The position numbers were made by a program, and so were the translations under genes. Positions 56,264 through 64,000 of a DNA stretch of 64,000 bases are shown one piece after another. This DNA comes from Candidatus Dojkabacteria bacterium (GTDB taxonomy: Bacteria; Patescibacteriota; Dojkabacteria; SC72): assembly GCA_012842045.1 (NCBI GenBank), contig DUTP01000002.1:35601-99600 (forward strand). The letters are read 5' to 3'. A model generated the notes under the pieces. That model had not been told where the DNA came from. It saw nothing but the letters and a program-made list of their open reading frames with translations, and made no database searches. Numbering within the stretch: position 1 is the stretch's first letter; each line of letters starts with the position of its first letter.

Positions 56264-56755
56264 TTACTCTAACGGAATTCCTTTTTCTAAATCAATCAAC
56301 TTCTTCTTTATCTCAACTCCTCCTTTGTAACCAATCATTGCACCTGTTGTTGCTATTACTCTATGACATGGTATGAGAATAGGGAGAGGATTACGATTAC
56401 ATACCATACCTACAGCTCTGTATGCTTTTGGATTATTTACTTTCCTAGCGATATCTTTGTATGTAATTGTTTTGCCATATGGAATCTTTTTTAATATTTT
56501 CATTATCCTTGAGAAGAATGAAGATGCAGAGGTGTAGTATATATCAATATCAAAGGTTTTTCTTTTTCCATCTAGATATTCATTAATCTGTTTGATAGTT
56601 TTCTTTTTGAGAGGGGTATCTTTCTCTGTCCATGATGGATCATATCTTTCACCATCAAAAACTACTGCTATTACTTTCTCATTCTTTTCACCTATACCTA
56701 TCTTTCCAACCTTAGTATCATAGAAATATATTGTTACCATACTATATTGTAGCAT
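56264..56755 (-). CDS. ogt: methylated-DNA--protein-cysteine methyltransferase (Ogt/MGMT)
   Basis: Active-site motif PCHRVI and a helix-turn-helix region (ITYKDIARKVNNPKAYRAVG). Confidence 0.85.
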   Translation of the reverse strand: MLQYSMVTIYFYDTKVGKIGIGEKNEKVIAVVFDGERYDPSWTEKDTPLKKKTIKQINEYLDGKRKTFDIDIYYTSASSFFSRIMKILKKIPYGKTITYKDIARKVNNPKAYRAVGMVCNRNPLPILIPCHRVIATTGAMIGYKGGVEIKKKLIDLEKGIPLE

Positions 56756-56810
56756 ATGGGTGATTTAAATGCATATGGACAGTTTATAGCAACCTATAGT
56801 ATAATATAGT

Positions 56811-57284
56811 ATGTATTTAGAACAAGACCAAAATATGGAAGATAAATTATTTGAATCAATTGGTACTGAAAATTTGCCCAAGGAATATACTCCTACTCCT
56901 TTAGTTTTAGAAAATGTTGTTGGTTGGGATAAATCAGAGGAAATTCCTGAAACTGGTGGAATACAGTTAAATACTGACGGATTGTTTTGTCATCCAAATG
57001 GTCATACTTTCTTAGAAGCTCCAATGTCAAGATTCTTTTTAGATCCTCGCAAATGCTGTGCTGATGTTATCATAGCAAACAAAGGAAATGAAGAATGGGC
57101 AATAATCTATGCTATTTACACAAATCCACAATTTGCAAGAAAAGGTGAAGCTACAAAATTAACAAATGCTTTAAAAAAAGTTTTTGAACCACAGTTTTTA
57201 CTTGGTATGTCTACTCCATTAACATCGGAAGGTGTAAGGTTTGCTAGTAAACTTGGTTTGAAGATAGTTCCTATATTACTGTAA
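56811..57284 (+). CDS. hypothetical protein, possible GNAT-like acetyltransferase
   Basis: The C-terminal QFARKGEATKLTNALKKVF weakly resembles GNAT motif A. Low confidence. Confidence 0.4.
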   Translation: MYLEQDQNMEDKLFESIGTENLPKEYTPTPLVLENVVGWDKSEEIPETGGIQLNTDGLFCHPNGHTFLEAPMSRFFLDPRKCCADVIIANKGNEEWAIIYAIYTNPQFARKGEATKLTNALKKVFEPQFLLGMSTPLTSEGVRFASKLGLKIVPILL

Positions 57285-57402
57285 TTGTTGGCGTTAATTT
57301 TCTGGTTATATTGAAATAATATATGGAGAGCGGAGGTTGAGACCCTACTTTTTATAGGAACTGTAGTGTTGTTCAGGAGTAGATTGCTATATATATACAA
57401 AA

Positions 57403-57411
57403 TGGTATAAT
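57403..57411 (+). promoter_or_regulatory. extended -10 TGGTATAAT upstream of proS
   Basis: Exact TGnTATAAT, 32 nt upstream of the ATG at 57443. Confidence 0.4.
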
Positions 57412-57442
57412 ATCAGGAATATTAGATAACAAAAATTTCTTT

Positions 57443-58747
57443 ATGGAATATGAAAGTATAAAGTTTAAGGATGAATACGAGGGTAATAGTATTGAAACAT
57501 TCAAAGATGTCAGCTCAGAACATGAAGCCTTAAATGCTAGACTCCTTATACAAGCGGGTTTTATTAATCAAGAATTAGCAGGAGTTTATTCATATACTAG
57601 GTTGGGTTATGAAGTATTGAACAATATTGAGGAAATAACAAGGAGTCATATGAGAAAGGTTGGTAATGAAGTGCTTCTTCCAGCCTTACAACCTGTTGAT
57701 AATTGGAAAATAACTGACAGACTTGATACTGTCAGCTCTCTTTTTGAAGCTCGTGGTGCAAATAGTCTTTCAAGAGAAAACAACCCTAGTAGGTATATTT
57801 TAGGTCCAACACACGAAGAGATAATTACACCTCTTGCTAAGAAATATATTAAGAGTTATAGAGATTTCCCTGTTAGTTTCTTTCAATTCCAAACCAAATT
57901 TAGAAATGAAGCAAGACCAAAGTCAGGATTATTAAGAGGTCGAGAATTTCTTATGAAAGATATGTATTCCTTTCATCCAGATAAAGAAGATATGGAAGAG
58001 TTCTATGACAGGGTTAAGAACGAATATACTGAATTATTTAAGGATTTAGGAATAGGTGATGATACATTCTTTACTTATGCATCGGGTGGAGATTTTACAG
58101 ATGGTTTCTCTCATGAGTTTCAAACGTTACTACCAAATGGTGAAGATATGATTTATATAGATAGAGAGAAAAATGTTGCTTATAATGAAGAAATAGCAAC
58201 CCCAGAAAACGAAAAAAGATTAGGTGTAAGCTTTCAAAATTTAGAGAAAGTTCCTGCTTGCGAGGTAGCTAATATTTTCCCACTTAACCTCAAATACTCA
58301 AAACCTTTTAATTTGACTTATACAGATAAGGATGGAACTGTAAAACCAGTCTATATGGGGTGTTATGGTATAGGAATATCAAGGTTAATGGGTGTAATTG
58401 CTGAGAAGTTTGCTGATGAGAAAGGTTTAGTTTGGCCGGAAAATGTTGCCCCTGCAAAATTTCATATTGTTACTTTAGCAAACAAAGAGGATGAGGAATC
58501 CTATCTTCTTTCACAGAAGCTCTTTGATTTAATAGGTAGTGATGCCTTGTGGGATAGAAGGAATAGAGTTAGTGCAGGAGAAAAATTAAGAGATGCTGAT
58601 TTAATAGGTTGTCCGTATAAAGTAATTATCTCAAATAGAAGTATAAGTAATAAGGGGGTAGAAGTTCAGAAAAGATCTACAGGTGAAAAGTTTTATATGT
58701 CTATAGGTGAGTTAATAGATAATTTTGGAGGTCCTAGACGATTTTAG
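57443..58747 (+). CDS. proS: prolyl-tRNA synthetase, short form lacking the INS editing domain
   Basis: Class II motif 2 FRNEARPKSGLLRGREFLMKDMYSFH and motif 3 GCYGIGISRLMGV. 434 aa. Confidence 0.85.
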   Translation: MEYESIKFKDEYEGNSIETFKDVSSEHEALNARLLIQAGFINQELAGVYSYTRLGYEVLNNIEEITRSHMRKVGNEVLLPALQPVDNWKITDRLDTVSSLFEARGANSLSRENNPSRYILGPTHEEIITPLAKKYIKSYRDFPVSFFQFQTKFRNEARPKSGLLRGREFLMKDMYSFHPDKEDMEEFYDRVKNEYTELFKDLGIGDDTFFTYASGGDFTDGFSHEFQTLLPNGEDMIYIDREKNVAYNEEIATPENEKRLGVSFQNLEKVPACEVANIFPLNLKYSKPFNLTYTDKDGTVKPVYMGCYGIGISRLMGVIAEKFADEKGLVWPENVAPAKFHIVTLANKEDEESYLLSQKLFDLIGSDALWDRRNRVSAGEKLRDADLIGCPYKVIISNRSISNKGVEVQKRSTGEKFYMSIGELIDNFGGPRRF

Positions 58748-58766
58748 TTTATAAGGATTTAACTAT

Positions 58767-59981
58767 TTGAAGTTGCTAAAGTTTGAACTTACAGAAAAGG
58801 ATAGAGAACGTTATGAATCTCGTGTGCGAAGAATAAAAAAAGCAGGATATTTCTTTCAGATAGAAGACTTAGAAACGTTAACTGAGGTAGATACAGAGCA
58901 TCTTACTATATGGGGTCGAGTTTTGCGATTAAGGAAATTAAAGACCAAGTTATTGGTAGATTTTTTATCAAATGGCTTAATTAGAGTACTTATTGTAACT
59001 GGTTCGAGGAGGAAAATCTTTGAAAAATTAATCAGAATATATGATTATTTGTGTATAATAGGGGTGGAAAAGGACAATGAAGACATAATAGTCAAAAGCT
59101 TCACAGTAGTGTCTCCTTGTGCAATTTCTGTTAATACAAATGAGATTAAATACCTACATCAAAGACTTATATCTAATTGTTCAGATATGAGGATTCTTAA
59201 GCAATATTCGGATTGGTTTTATAAAATCTCAAAATTGATGAGAAAGAATGGGTTTATGGAAGTTCGTACACCTACATTACTGAAAACTTTCTATGCTGGT
59301 AATGCTAGACCTTTTGTAACTTATTCTAATAACTTCCACAAAAATCTATATTTAAAATTCTCATCGGAACCTTTATTAAAAGAGATTTTAGCAGGAGGTG
59401 CAGATAAGGTATATGAGTTTAGTTCTGTTTTTAGAAATGAAGCAGACAGCAAAAATAAAAATTATGAATTTAAAGTTTTAGAGTTTTGTACTTCTAATGA
59501 AAGTCTTGCTCAAACGAGAACTTATTTAGAAGAAATAGTATATTTGTTCCTCGGAATTAAAAATATTCCAGAGATAGATTTTAGAGCTTTATGTGATGGA
59601 AAAAGAATTAGGAATAAGTTTAAATATTTCAAAAAGACTATTGTTCCTAGTCTTCAAGAACCAGTCTTTGTAACACATATTCCTTCTGGGCAATCTCCAT
59701 TTATAGCAGAATGTAAAGAGGACCAACTGTATTCTGAGAGACAGTTTCTGGTTATTAATGGTATGACAATATCAGAGATTTATCAAAACGAAAGAGATCC
59801 TTTTAAACAATTAGATTTTTTGAAAAAACAGTTCCTTAAAGAACGTGATTATAAAATAGATTATTCCTCGTATATTCATTCTCAGCTTGTAGGTAGTCCT
59901 ATTATTAATATGTGTTTTATCTCTATTAATAGATTGATTATGGTTGCTACAGGGCAAGAAGATTGTCGCAGTATGATATAA
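58767..59981 (+). CDS. divergent class IIb lysyl-tRNA-synthetase-like protein (short, 404 aa)
   Basis: N-terminal LysRS-like OB region (DRERYESRVRRIKKAGYFF ... LTIWGRVLRLRKLKTKLLVDF). Motif 1 FMEVRTPTL and motif 2 FRNEADSKNKNYEFKVLEF are present. Motif 3 is degenerate: CFISINRLIMV where GlGiGiDRLvM is expected. TTG start. Confidence 0.6.
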   Translation: MKLLKFELTEKDRERYESRVRRIKKAGYFFQIEDLETLTEVDTEHLTIWGRVLRLRKLKTKLLVDFLSNGLIRVLIVTGSRRKIFEKLIRIYDYLCIIGVEKDNEDIIVKSFTVVSPCAISVNTNEIKYLHQRLISNCSDMRILKQYSDWFYKISKLMRKNGFMEVRTPTLLKTFYAGNARPFVTYSNNFHKNLYLKFSSEPLLKEILAGGADKVYEFSSVFRNEADSKNKNYEFKVLEFCTSNESLAQTRTYLEEIVYLFLGIKNIPEIDFRALCDGKRIRNKFKYFKKTIVPSLQEPVFVTHIPSGQSPFIAECKEDQLYSERQFLVINGMTISEIYQNERDPFKQLDFLKKQFLKERDYKIDYSSYIHSQLVGSPIINMCFISINRLIMVATGQEDCRSMI

Positions 59982-60012
59982 TTTTATTTAATTTTATTTA
60001 ATTTTTAAATCT

Positions 60013-60576
60013 ATGAAGAAGTTAGATTTTATCCTCATAGGGGTAATTGCAGGTTTAACTGCAGTATTAGATTATATTGGAGTCATAGGGCTTCCAACTG
60101 GAGTGTTTAGTATATCTACACTGTATATAGGTGGGGCATTTTATACTCTTTTTGGTTTGTGGTTTAGAAAAGATGCTTATATAGGAATGTATCTTGGTTT
60201 GTTGCTAGGAGCTGTTATAAGTGGGACATTTACTCCATATGCTTTTCTTTTAGCTTGGGGAAATGTTTTGGGTGTATTAGTTGTAGTTGCAGGTTTTAAG
60301 TACATAAAAGCACTTGACTATCGATTGGTAAAATATTATGACTATATTGCATTTGTTCTTCTAGTGTTTCTTGGGCAAATAGTATCGTCTAACTATACTA
60401 TTAGAGGTTTAAACTTCTTTGGACTAATTCCAGATGTCGCTGTTGTGCCTTCTATAACTAGTTGGATTATTGGAGGTATGATTGTTAACATTGTAATTGC
60501 AATACCTCTATTAAAAATCTTAACACCTATTGTTGAGAGTAAAATCCTAAAGAAATATGATGTTGACAAAAAGTGA
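60013..60576 (+). CDS. 6-TM small membrane protein, candidate ECF-transporter substrate-specific (S) component
   Basis: 187 aa with about 6 hydrophobic helices. Sits upstream of T-component-like and A-A' ATPase genes. Family not identified. Confidence 0.45.
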   Translation: MKKLDFILIGVIAGLTAVLDYIGVIGLPTGVFSISTLYIGGAFYTLFGLWFRKDAYIGMYLGLLLGAVISGTFTPYAFLLAWGNVLGVLVVVAGFKYIKALDYRLVKYYDYIAFVLLVFLGQIVSSNYTIRGLNFFGLIPDVAVVPSITSWIIGGMIVNIVIAIPLLKILTPIVESKILKKYDVDKK

Positions 60577-61378
60577 TTATTTAAATGAAGGTCTTGTTCA
60601 TCTAGTTTATAAAAAAGGGAATTCTGTTTTTAAAGTTCCGAAAGACAACTTTGTAACGTTTAATAGTAAAGAACATTTTGAAATAGAAAAGACATCTTTG
60701 GATATCTTACGAAATCATGGATTTCCTGCAGTACGAGTTAGAAAAATATATGAAAAAGGAGAATTGGTTCCTTCTAAGTATGTTTTAGAAGAAGATTATC
60801 TGAGTGGAATTGTAAAGGATAATAAGGATATAAGTCTAACAGAGAGAAGAAGTATTGTTGACATAATGCTAGGAATCAATCAAATAAAAATTCCTAGATT
60901 TGGCTCTATAACAAAAGAAGGGGTTGGTATAAATGCTTCTTGGAGGGAATTTTTAGAGAATATTATATGCGATAATACTGAAATATTGGTCAGTTATCTT
61001 AGCGATAAAAAAATGAGGGATATACTTAATACTCTTCATGATTTTTTAAATGATGTTCCTCAGCTAATTCAGGGATATTTTTTGCTTTTAGACACAAACT
61101 CTAATAATTTTATATTTAATGAACAAGGTGATATTATAGGACTAATAGATGTGGATCACCCAGCAAGTGGTGATCGGCTTTATGATTATGCAGCTTTAGA
61201 ATGGTTTCACCCAATTTCCTTCTCTGTACTAGAAGAATTAATTAAATTTAAGGACTATGAAAGAGAATTAATGTATTATTATTCTTTATTATTTGGGATA
61301 TCTACACTAAAGTTTGAAATAGTTAATAATCTAAATACTAAAGAGACAATGATGAAATTGTATGCAAAATCTATATAA
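60557..61378 (+). CDS. APH/choline-kinase-family small-molecule kinase
   Basis: Catalytic-loop-like LLLDTNSNNFIFN and the IDVDHPASGDRLYDYAAL (DxD...D) activation segment, typical of the phosphotransferase enzyme family. Confidence 0.65.
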   Translation: MMLTKSDYLNEGLVHLVYKKGNSVFKVPKDNFVTFNSKEHFEIEKTSLDILRNHGFPAVRVRKIYEKGELVPSKYVLEEDYLSGIVKDNKDISLTERRSIVDIMLGINQIKIPRFGSITKEGVGINASWREFLENIICDNTEILVSYLSDKKMRDILNTLHDFLNDVPQLIQGYFLLLDTNSNNFIFNEQGDIIGLIDVDHPASGDRLYDYAALEWFHPISFSVLEELIKFKDYERELMYYYSLLFGISTLKFEIVNNLNTKETMMKLYAKSI

Positions 61379-62042
61379 GTACAAAACATTCTTATATTAT
61401 TTCCCAGCAGATAGCTTTGTTTGGAAGATTAATCCTTTGTTTAAACTCTTTGTGTACTTGTTTATAAATATAATAGTGCTTATAAGTCATTTTTACTTAT
61501 TAAATCTTTTCCTATCAATATTAATATTGATATTACTTGTGCTTATAGGTTTCTTTAATTATAGGAAGATACTTTTCAGGACTTTGACAATTTCTTTAAT
61601 TTTATTTTTCCTCTTGTCGCTCTTTTTCCAATTATTAACCTATCGAAACAATGGTATTACAACAGAAGAGTTGTTAACCTCTATAGCTTTTATATTTCCT
61701 TTTCTTAGTAAGTGGTTTTTAATAAATATGTCGGGTTTGTTTCTATTAACCACATTTTCGCAAAGAGAACTAATATGTGTTTTGACTAAATTAAAACTAA
61801 ACTTCAAGTGGCTAATCTCAATAATGGTGGCTTTTAATATGATAGGGAAATTGCTAGAAAGTTTGGATGATATTAATCTAGCATTGCAATCTAGGGGGTT
61901 TAAAGATAAAAAAATAAAGAATGTGTTTCTAAAATTTCGATATATTTTTTCTTCTATGTTGATTGATAATATTGAGTATATTTCATCGTTGAGAGCAACT
62001 TTTATGTTTAATTATGAGGATATAAAAGAGAAATATGAATGA
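61362..62042 (+). CDS. polytopic membrane protein, candidate ECF-transporter T component (EcfT/CbiQ-like)
   Basis: 226 aa with 5-6 TM helices, between the kinase and the double-ATPase gene. Weak family assignment. Confidence 0.45.
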   Translation: MQNLYKYKTFLYYFPADSFVWKINPLFKLFVYLFINIIVLISHFYLLNLFLSILILILLVLIGFFNYRKILFRTLTISLILFFLLSLFFQLLTYRNNGITTEELLTSIAFIFPFLSKWFLINMSGLFLLTTFSQRELICVLTKLKLNFKWLISIMVAFNMIGKLLESLDDINLALQSRGFKDKKIKNVFLKFRYIFSSMLIDNIEYISSLRATFMFNYEDIKEKYE

Positions 62043-63309
62043 TATTTTGAAGGTAAGTATAAGGGAATTTTCGTATCCTGAAAGTAGCAAGACTATTTTA
62101 TCGAATATTGAGTTAGAGTTTAAAAAGGGTGAGATTATTCTTCTTCAAGGGTCTGTAGGATCTGGAAAGACTACATTTCTAAAATTAATTTCTGGGATTA
62201 TTCCTAATTTTGAATTTGGAGAATTAGAAGGTTCTATAGTTTTGGGTAATAAGGAGGTTGGAGAGGCCACTTTCTCTTCTTCTGCATATTGTTTTCAGAA
62301 TTCTGACAATCAGGTGATATTTGACAATGTTCAAGAACAATTTTTGCAAAATTCTAAAGCAAAGTTTTTTCAAAAATATGGAATTGATAAGTTATTGGAT
62401 AAATCTCTAGCTGATTTATCTAAAGGACAGAGAAAATTTATAACATTGCTTAGTACTATTTCTAAGAAGAAGGATTTATATGTTTTTGATGAACCAATGG
62501 ATTTATTGGATGAAGCAAAGCAGATTATAATATTGGAAGAACTAAAGAAGTTATCTTCTGATTCCATAATTGTTATTTCTTCACATAATACATCAGTTGC
62601 GAAAATAGCAACAAGAATTTTAACTTTAAGGGAGGGAAATTTATACGATACAACTTCTAAATCTATTAAACAAGTCTTTAATAAGTATCGCAGGATCTCA
62701 AGAAAGTTTAGTAATAAAGAGATTTTTCATTGTGAAGATATATCTTTTCTGTATCAGGACGCATTTATTGCAATGAAGTTTCCTTCTTTGAAAATAAGGA
62801 ATAATGATATCATAGGCTTAATAGGTATTAATGGTGGTGGGAAAACAACATACCTTAAATTAATATCTGGGGTAATAGAACCAACTTTTGGTCGAATACA
62901 AAACAGGGCGTTTGAACGATTTGGTTTCTTAACCCAAGATCCTGATAAACAGCTTTTTGGAAATACAGTATATGAAGAATTGTTTATCGGTATAGACAAG
63001 ATATCAGTGGAGCATATAAAGAAAGCTCAATATTACCTAAAATGTACAAAATTAAGTGCTTGTAAAAAGCAGCATCCGATATTCCTAAGTGGGGGACAAA
63101 AGCAAATACTTGTGTTTATATCGTTGTTAATGCATGAACCAGAAATCTTATTTCTTGATGAATTTACAAGAAATTTAGATATTAATAGTGTGAATATTAT
63201 TCTTTCGCTTATAGAAGAATACAGGAAAAATCGCGATTTAGCTGTTGTATTTACAGATCAGGTTGATGAGTATCTTACATTATTATGTGATAAGGTTATT
63301 AAAATATAA
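62035..63309 (+). CDS. fused tandem ABC ATPase (EcfA-EcfA'-like duplicated nucleotide-binding domains)
   Basis: Two sets of motifs: GSVGSGKTT / LSKGQRKFITLL / LYVFDEPMDLLD, and GINGGGKTT / LSGGQKQILVFISLL / ILFLDEFTRNLD. Confidence 0.8.
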   Translation: MNDILKVSIREFSYPESSKTILSNIELEFKKGEIILLQGSVGSGKTTFLKLISGIIPNFEFGELEGSIVLGNKEVGEATFSSSAYCFQNSDNQVIFDNVQEQFLQNSKAKFFQKYGIDKLLDKSLADLSKGQRKFITLLSTISKKKDLYVFDEPMDLLDEAKQIIILEELKKLSSDSIIVISSHNTSVAKIATRILTLREGNLYDTTSKSIKQVFNKYRRISRKFSNKEIFHCEDISFLYQDAFIAMKFPSLKIRNNDIIGLIGINGGGKTTYLKLISGVIEPTFGRIQNRAFERFGFLTQDPDKQLFGNTVYEELFIGIDKISVEHIKKAQYYLKCTKLSACKKQHPIFLSGGQKQILVFISLLMHEPEILFLDEFTRNLDINSVNIILSLIEEYRKNRDLAVVFTDQVDEYLTLLCDKVIKI

Positions 63310-63448
63310 TAGTTGTTGTTTTTTGAGGTTGAGAAGTTTCTTTTGTCTATAACCTTTTCTATTGTAGTAAGGTTTTGTTTCGTTGTATTATAATAGATAA
63401 TCAAATCGCATTTATAGGGCATATTTATTAAATTGTTAAATTATAACG

Positions 63449-63979
63449 ATGAGAATAATATTACTATCAGGACAAAATATCTCTAACAAAGAATGGATAG
63501 AGATTGTAGAGAAGAAATTCCAAGAGAAATTTTTTAATACGAAAATATCTTACTATACCCATTGGGAAAAAGAAGAGAAAGAAGCAGATATTGAATTAGA
63601 AACTAAGAAGTTTTTAGATATTGTAAACAGTTCTGATGAAGAATATATTCTTTTTGCTAAATCAATAGGTAGTATTATATTTCTCAACTCACTAAAGGAT
63701 TTAGAAAAGAAACCAAAAGGTGTATTAATTGTAGGTATGGCTTACAACTTGGGTAAGAAACTTAATTATGATTTTACTGATTTAGAGAAATATACTTCAT
63801 ACCCTGTTAATGTATATCAGAAAGAATTTGATCCAGCTGGTTTTTATGATGAAGTGAGAAATGTTAATGGTGGTAATGTTACTGTAAACAAGTATGAATG
63901 TGTAGGGGAGGAGGACAATAATCATAGGTATGAAAACTATGATTATCTTCTTGAGCTTCTAAATGGTTTAGTGAAGTAA
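63449..63979 (+). CDS. small alpha/beta-hydrolase-like protein (RBBP9/YdeN-type serine hydrolase candidate)
   Basis: MRIILLSGQN start and an AKSIGS nucleophile-elbow-like motif. 176 aa. Weak. Confidence 0.4.
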   Translation: MRIILLSGQNISNKEWIEIVEKKFQEKFFNTKISYYTHWEKEEKEADIELETKKFLDIVNSSDEEYILFAKSIGSIIFLNSLKDLEKKPKGVLIVGMAYNLGKKLNYDFTDLEKYTSYPVNVYQKEFDPAGFYDEVRNVNGGNVTVNKYECVGEEDNNHRYENYDYLLELLNGLVK

Positions 63980-64000
63980 ACTACTTCTTTATCTTCTCCT

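Noticed and set aside
57285-57442. Possible T-box leader upstream of proS
   Set aside because: The 158-bp leader is too short. It lacks the conserved T-box sequence (AGGGUGGNACCGCG) and the specifier/antiterminator architecture.
1-64000. CRISPR arrays, rRNA genes, transposases/IS elements
   Set aside because: I found no regularly spaced direct repeats of 25-40 bp, no rRNA-like GC-rich conserved blocks, and no ORF with DDE/serine-recombinase/integrase motifs. The only tandem repeat is a trivial ATTTTATTTA x2 at 59972-59999.

Overview
The window reads as compact, low-GC (roughly 35%) bacterial chromosome with many 1-30 nt gene overlaps and standard stop codons. Several proteins look archaeal-type or reduced, which suggests a Patescibacteria/CPR-like or other small-genome Gram-positive-type organism; that is inference only.

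Backbone genes:
- Translation and secretion: cysS 3' end, a ProRS that lacks the editing domain, a divergent LysRS-like gene, SecA, tRNA-Lys(CTT).
- DNA and nucleotide hygiene: RecO, a tandem pair of DCD/DUT-type dCTP deaminase/dUTPase paralogs, Ogt/MGMT, family-4 UDG, a long-insert NDK, HIT.
- Other: ELP3-like radical-SAM/GNAT, a sensor histidine kinase, ferredoxin, DsbA-like oxidoreductase.
- Envelope: M23 peptidase, LiaF-like plus DUF4097 pair, a large FN3/CarbopepD surface protein.

About a third of the window is cell-surface glycan biosynthesis. There is a Wzm/Wzt ABC-transporter-dependent cluster with many GT2/GT4 enzymes. Alongside it sits a DPM1-like synthase with a flippase-like protein and two large GT-C/YfhO-like membrane proteins. 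An initiating polyprenyl-phosphate sugar transferase is present, and the dTDP-rhamnose genes rmlBA/rmlCD.

The most unusual feature is that the rml operon is physically split. Between rmlA and rmlC, under its own promoter, lie an NYN/LabA-like RNase-fold gene and a Panacea (DUF4065, SocA/GepA-like) antitoxin-type gene. The Panacea gene overlaps a small TTG-initiated ORF that could be its toxin partner. A KilA-N gene sits just upstream of rmlB. Together this looks like a mobile or defense-type insertion hotspot inside the glycan locus.

Other items worth a second look:
- A nested perfect inverted-repeat element (42646-42815).
- A roughly 350 nt convergent overlap at 34032-34383.
- An ECF-type transporter operon with an embedded APH/ChoK-like kinase and a fused A-A' ATPase.
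- Unannotated small membrane peptides with strong SD and extended -10 elements.
- A recurring TGGTATAAT extended -10 motif.

No CRISPR array, rRNA or obvious transposase was seen.
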